DNA from: Catajapyx aquilonaris
Lineage: Eukaryota
Direction of reading: 5' to 3'
DNA length: 32,232 bases
Assembly (NCBI GenBank): GCA_000934665.2
Contig: JYFJ02004430.1
Location: forward strand, 1-32,232
Below, one piece after another: positions 31,416 through 32,232 of this stretch. Position 1 is the first letter of the stretch, and each line of letters opens with the position of its first letter. The notes below the pieces were generated by a model. That model ran no database searches and was not told where the DNA came from. It saw only the letters and a list, made by a program, of their open reading frames with translations. A program made the translations under genes and the position numbers.

Positions 31416-31872
31416 CAACAATAACAATAATAATAATTTGTACCCTGTGCTAGAGCCATGGGCGCAAGCTGCTTGTTTATAAGCAGGTCGTTGCTAAGAG
31501 ATACTTTCTAGAGTATCGGGAATAGCACCTCTTAGCAACGACCTGCTTATAAACAAGCAGCTTGCGCGATTTTTCCAATAAATGACCTTTAGTTATCTCC
31601 TAAAGCTAGTGGTTAAGTCACATTTACCACTAGCATTATGGTTTAATACACTTACAACTTCTCAAATTCTTACTTGATATACGTATCTACAGTGCAAAGC
31701 TCCACAAATATTCATATTCTGTACAAAATGACAATCAAAACACATTGTACTAAGTCAAAACATACCGATTGAGACACAGCCGTGGAAGTAGAACGGGATA
31801 GAATGCCGTTCTTGCCTCCACTGGCAATGCCAATATGAATCTCCTTGCTGTAACAGCTGCAGCCAGTCTCAC
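21370..31872 (-). CDS. Uncharacterised HEAT/ARM-repeat protein, 5'-incomplete. Exons 31872-31766, 30416-30314, 29286-29109, 26797-26392, 23371-23113, 21679-21570, 21412-21370
   Basis: Seven exons join in frame (1206 nt, 401 aa plus stop) with GT-AG introns; HEAT signatures VRLAAA, NHAVREAACHCIAEL, DDSWPVRDAAC, DPIPSVRQGAATSL. Confidence 0.9.
21467..21537. repeat. 71-bp hairpin (19-bp arms) in the last HEAT-gene intron
   Basis: TCATGAGAACTGGTGGTTG ... CAGCCACCAGTTCTCATGA. Confidence 0.75.
21570..21679 (-). CDS. HEAT-protein exon (GCDNPLTQSAANQCLNQLATLLGPNILRARVELVDT)
   Basis: Amphipathic HEAT-like helices, phase 0 matches upstream exon, AAG|gtaaca donor; not in the ORF track. Confidence 0.85.
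21771..21946. mobile_element. piggyBac-like left end followed by hairpins
   Basis: TTAA|CCCTCTGAGG at 21767; 28-bp inverted arms 21878-21905 / 21919-21946; right end not found. Confidence 0.45.
22352..23038. repeat. Imperfect ~57-bp inverted repeats enclosing ~570 bp (probably an old DNA transposon)
   Basis: CAACTGG...CATTGCTGCTCTAAAAT...CAAGGTGC at 22352-22408, inverted at 22982-23038. Confidence 0.6.
23113..23371 (-). CDS. HEAT-protein exon (RDSEPWEFADGCVYLVAEL...FIEPIFYAT)
   Basis: tctttag acceptor, ACG|gtaaga donor, phases 2/0. Confidence 0.9.
23724..24063 (+). pseudogene. hAT transposase C-terminal dimerisation-domain remnant
   Basis: LIELSCD...EF*ISVKNEYP...LIPCVTSYLCEAGFSAV..IKSKYRSKIN.EKEMRVA...IPRLEKLC; one premature stop and one frameshift. 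Confidence 0.9.
24153..25633. mobile_element. ISL2EU-type non-autonomous element nested in the hAT
   Basis: AAT|GGGGCTG ... CAGCCCC|ATT with imperfect ~55-bp TIRs (shared GGCG.TAGTG.GCGG.AGGTTAT); AT on both sides. Confidence 0.7.
24382..25224. mobile_element. Tc1-type MITE with ~310-bp inverted arms
   Basis: TA|CAGGGGTTAGACAAAAT ... ATTTTGTCTAACCCCTG|TA; arms include matching poly-C (24561-24585) and poly-G (25014-25033) tracts. Confidence 0.92.
26260..26354. mobile_element. Small decayed MITE, TA TSD
   Basis: TA|CCTCACTTA ... TAAGTGAGG|TA with imperfect ~29-bp arms. Confidence 0.6.
26392..26797 (-). CDS. HEAT-protein exon (ACLASG...DPIPSVRQGAA...MYSCGSLAPKMRGGGGGCGMDRTF)
   Basis: 406-nt open exon, tctttcag acceptor, CAG|gtatgg donor. 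Confidence 0.92.
26825..27097 (+). mobile_element. tRNA-derived SINE, family 3, with V/Meta-type central domain
   Basis: A box TGGCGGAGTGG, B box AGTTTGATCCC, then GTTCTCTCCGTGTTCGCGTCGGTTTTCTCAGGGTTTTCCCGTTTCCTCCC; short ATT tail; no clean TSD. Confidence 0.8.
27415..27705 (-). mobile_element. 5' fragment of a mariner element, same family as 19258-19862
   Basis: TIR TTCGCGAACTTTTGGGTAGCACCTTG; minus-strand DDLKEQCKFGFKLCKSAA resembles a mariner transposase N-terminus. Confidence 0.8.
27841..28742 (+). mobile_element. Non-autonomous Helitron
   Basis: 3' hairpin TACCCGG-acaacg-CCGGGTA (28714-28733) then CTAG|T; candidate 5' end A|TC followed by GTTT-rich repeat; 5' boundary less sure. Confidence 0.75.
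29109..29286 (-). CDS. HEAT-protein exon (VDYYVESTESNNHAVREAAC...DDSWPVRD)
   Basis: Two HEAT motifs; ATG|gtgagg donor; phases 0/1. Confidence 0.92.
29561..29929. mobile_element. Decayed Harbinger-type MITE
   Basis: Right end CAGCAGTGTAAACGGCCT|TTA; degenerate left end AGGATGTTTTCATTGTTGATTTCATG. Confidence 0.5.
29934..30084. mobile_element. 151-bp TTAA-flanked MITE with GG termini (Kolobok-type)
   Basis: TTAA|GGACAC ... GTGTCC|TTAA with imperfect extended TIR. Confidence 0.7.
30314..30416 (-). CDS. HEAT-protein exon (YYMAEGVRLYSQETWRLVVG...YISNV)
   Basis: ttttcag acceptor, GTG|gtatgt donor, phases 2/0. Confidence 0.9.
30685..31152. mobile_element. Tc1/mariner-type MITE, 468 bp, ~190-bp inverted arms
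   Basis: TA|CAGGGTGTCCCTTACTAGTTGCCC ... GGGCAACTAGTAAGGGACACCCTG|TA. Confidence 0.93.
31360..31437. repeat. (AAT)n microsatellite with AAC interruptions
   Basis: Directly visible trinucleotide repeat. Confidence 0.97.
31462..31567. repeat. Hairpin with perfect 39-bp arms and 28-nt spacer
   Basis: GCGCAAGCTGCTTGTTTATAAGCAGGTCGTTGCTAAGAG at 31462-31500, exact inverse at 31529-31567. Confidence 0.9.
31766..31872 (-). CDS. HEAT-protein exon (VRLAAAVTARRF...LLPRLCLN); upstream exons lie beyond the window
   Basis: tttcag acceptor, TCG|gtatgt donor, phases 0/2; not in the ORF track in this frame. Confidence 0.9.
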
Positions 31873-32232
31873 CTGAAATTACAAATTTTTTACACATTGC
31901 ACCATCCCTAGCACCATACAAAAATACAAAATAAACAATATTTCCCAATTACTCTTAACCCAGATATGCCGAGTGTGCCCTATAGGGGACACCTGCACAG
32001 TTATTACATTTTAATTTTTTGCACAGGTTCTTCTGCTGCTAAAGAGCTGGCAGTAGTGATGGGGGCTTCAGGAGAGTCCCAGCTAACTATACAAGTTCAA
32101 ACCGGCTCAATATTGCTACAGATTTTTAAGATACAGGTGTTTGAATTTTAACGCAGGAAATAATGGCTGCACCTCCACGTTCCGAAGACGATTAGTAATT
32201 AATTCTCGAATGTTGATTAGCATTGTGAGTTA

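Overview
Eukaryotic (invertebrate, probably arthropod) genomic DNA with GT-AG introns; nothing prokaryotic. Three protein-coding genes can be assembled by hand with consistent splice phases. (1) COQ8/ADCK atypical kinase, minus strand, nine coding exons 14423->4563 (569 aa); its last exon is not in the window. (2) A complete two-exon YPEL5/yippee-like gene, plus strand, 17877-20268 (119 aa), divergent from COQ8. (3) The 3' seven exons (31872->21370, 401 aa) of an uncharacterised HEAT/ARM-repeat protein, minus strand, convergent on YPEL5. Introns and spacers hold about 30 non-autonomous mobile elements or fragments recognisable from TIRs and TSDs: hAT (8-bp TSD), Tc1/mariner and pogo-type MITEs (TA), piggyBac and Kolobok-type (TTAA), Harbinger-type, ISL2EU-type (AT), a 4-bp-TSD fold-back MITE, a Helitron, decayed mariner and Buster/Charlie transposase fragments, and four tRNA-derived SINEs. 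Several are nested two or three deep. I see no clear-cut new biological system. The best leads are the uncharacterised HEAT gene with its Cys/His/Gly loop and alternative C-termini, modular SINEs sharing a 3' domain and carrying variable tails, a uORF and tandem donors in COQ8, and the density of fold-back elements in pre-mRNA. Coordinates were read by eye; superfamily calls rest on terminal signatures and recall, not database searches.
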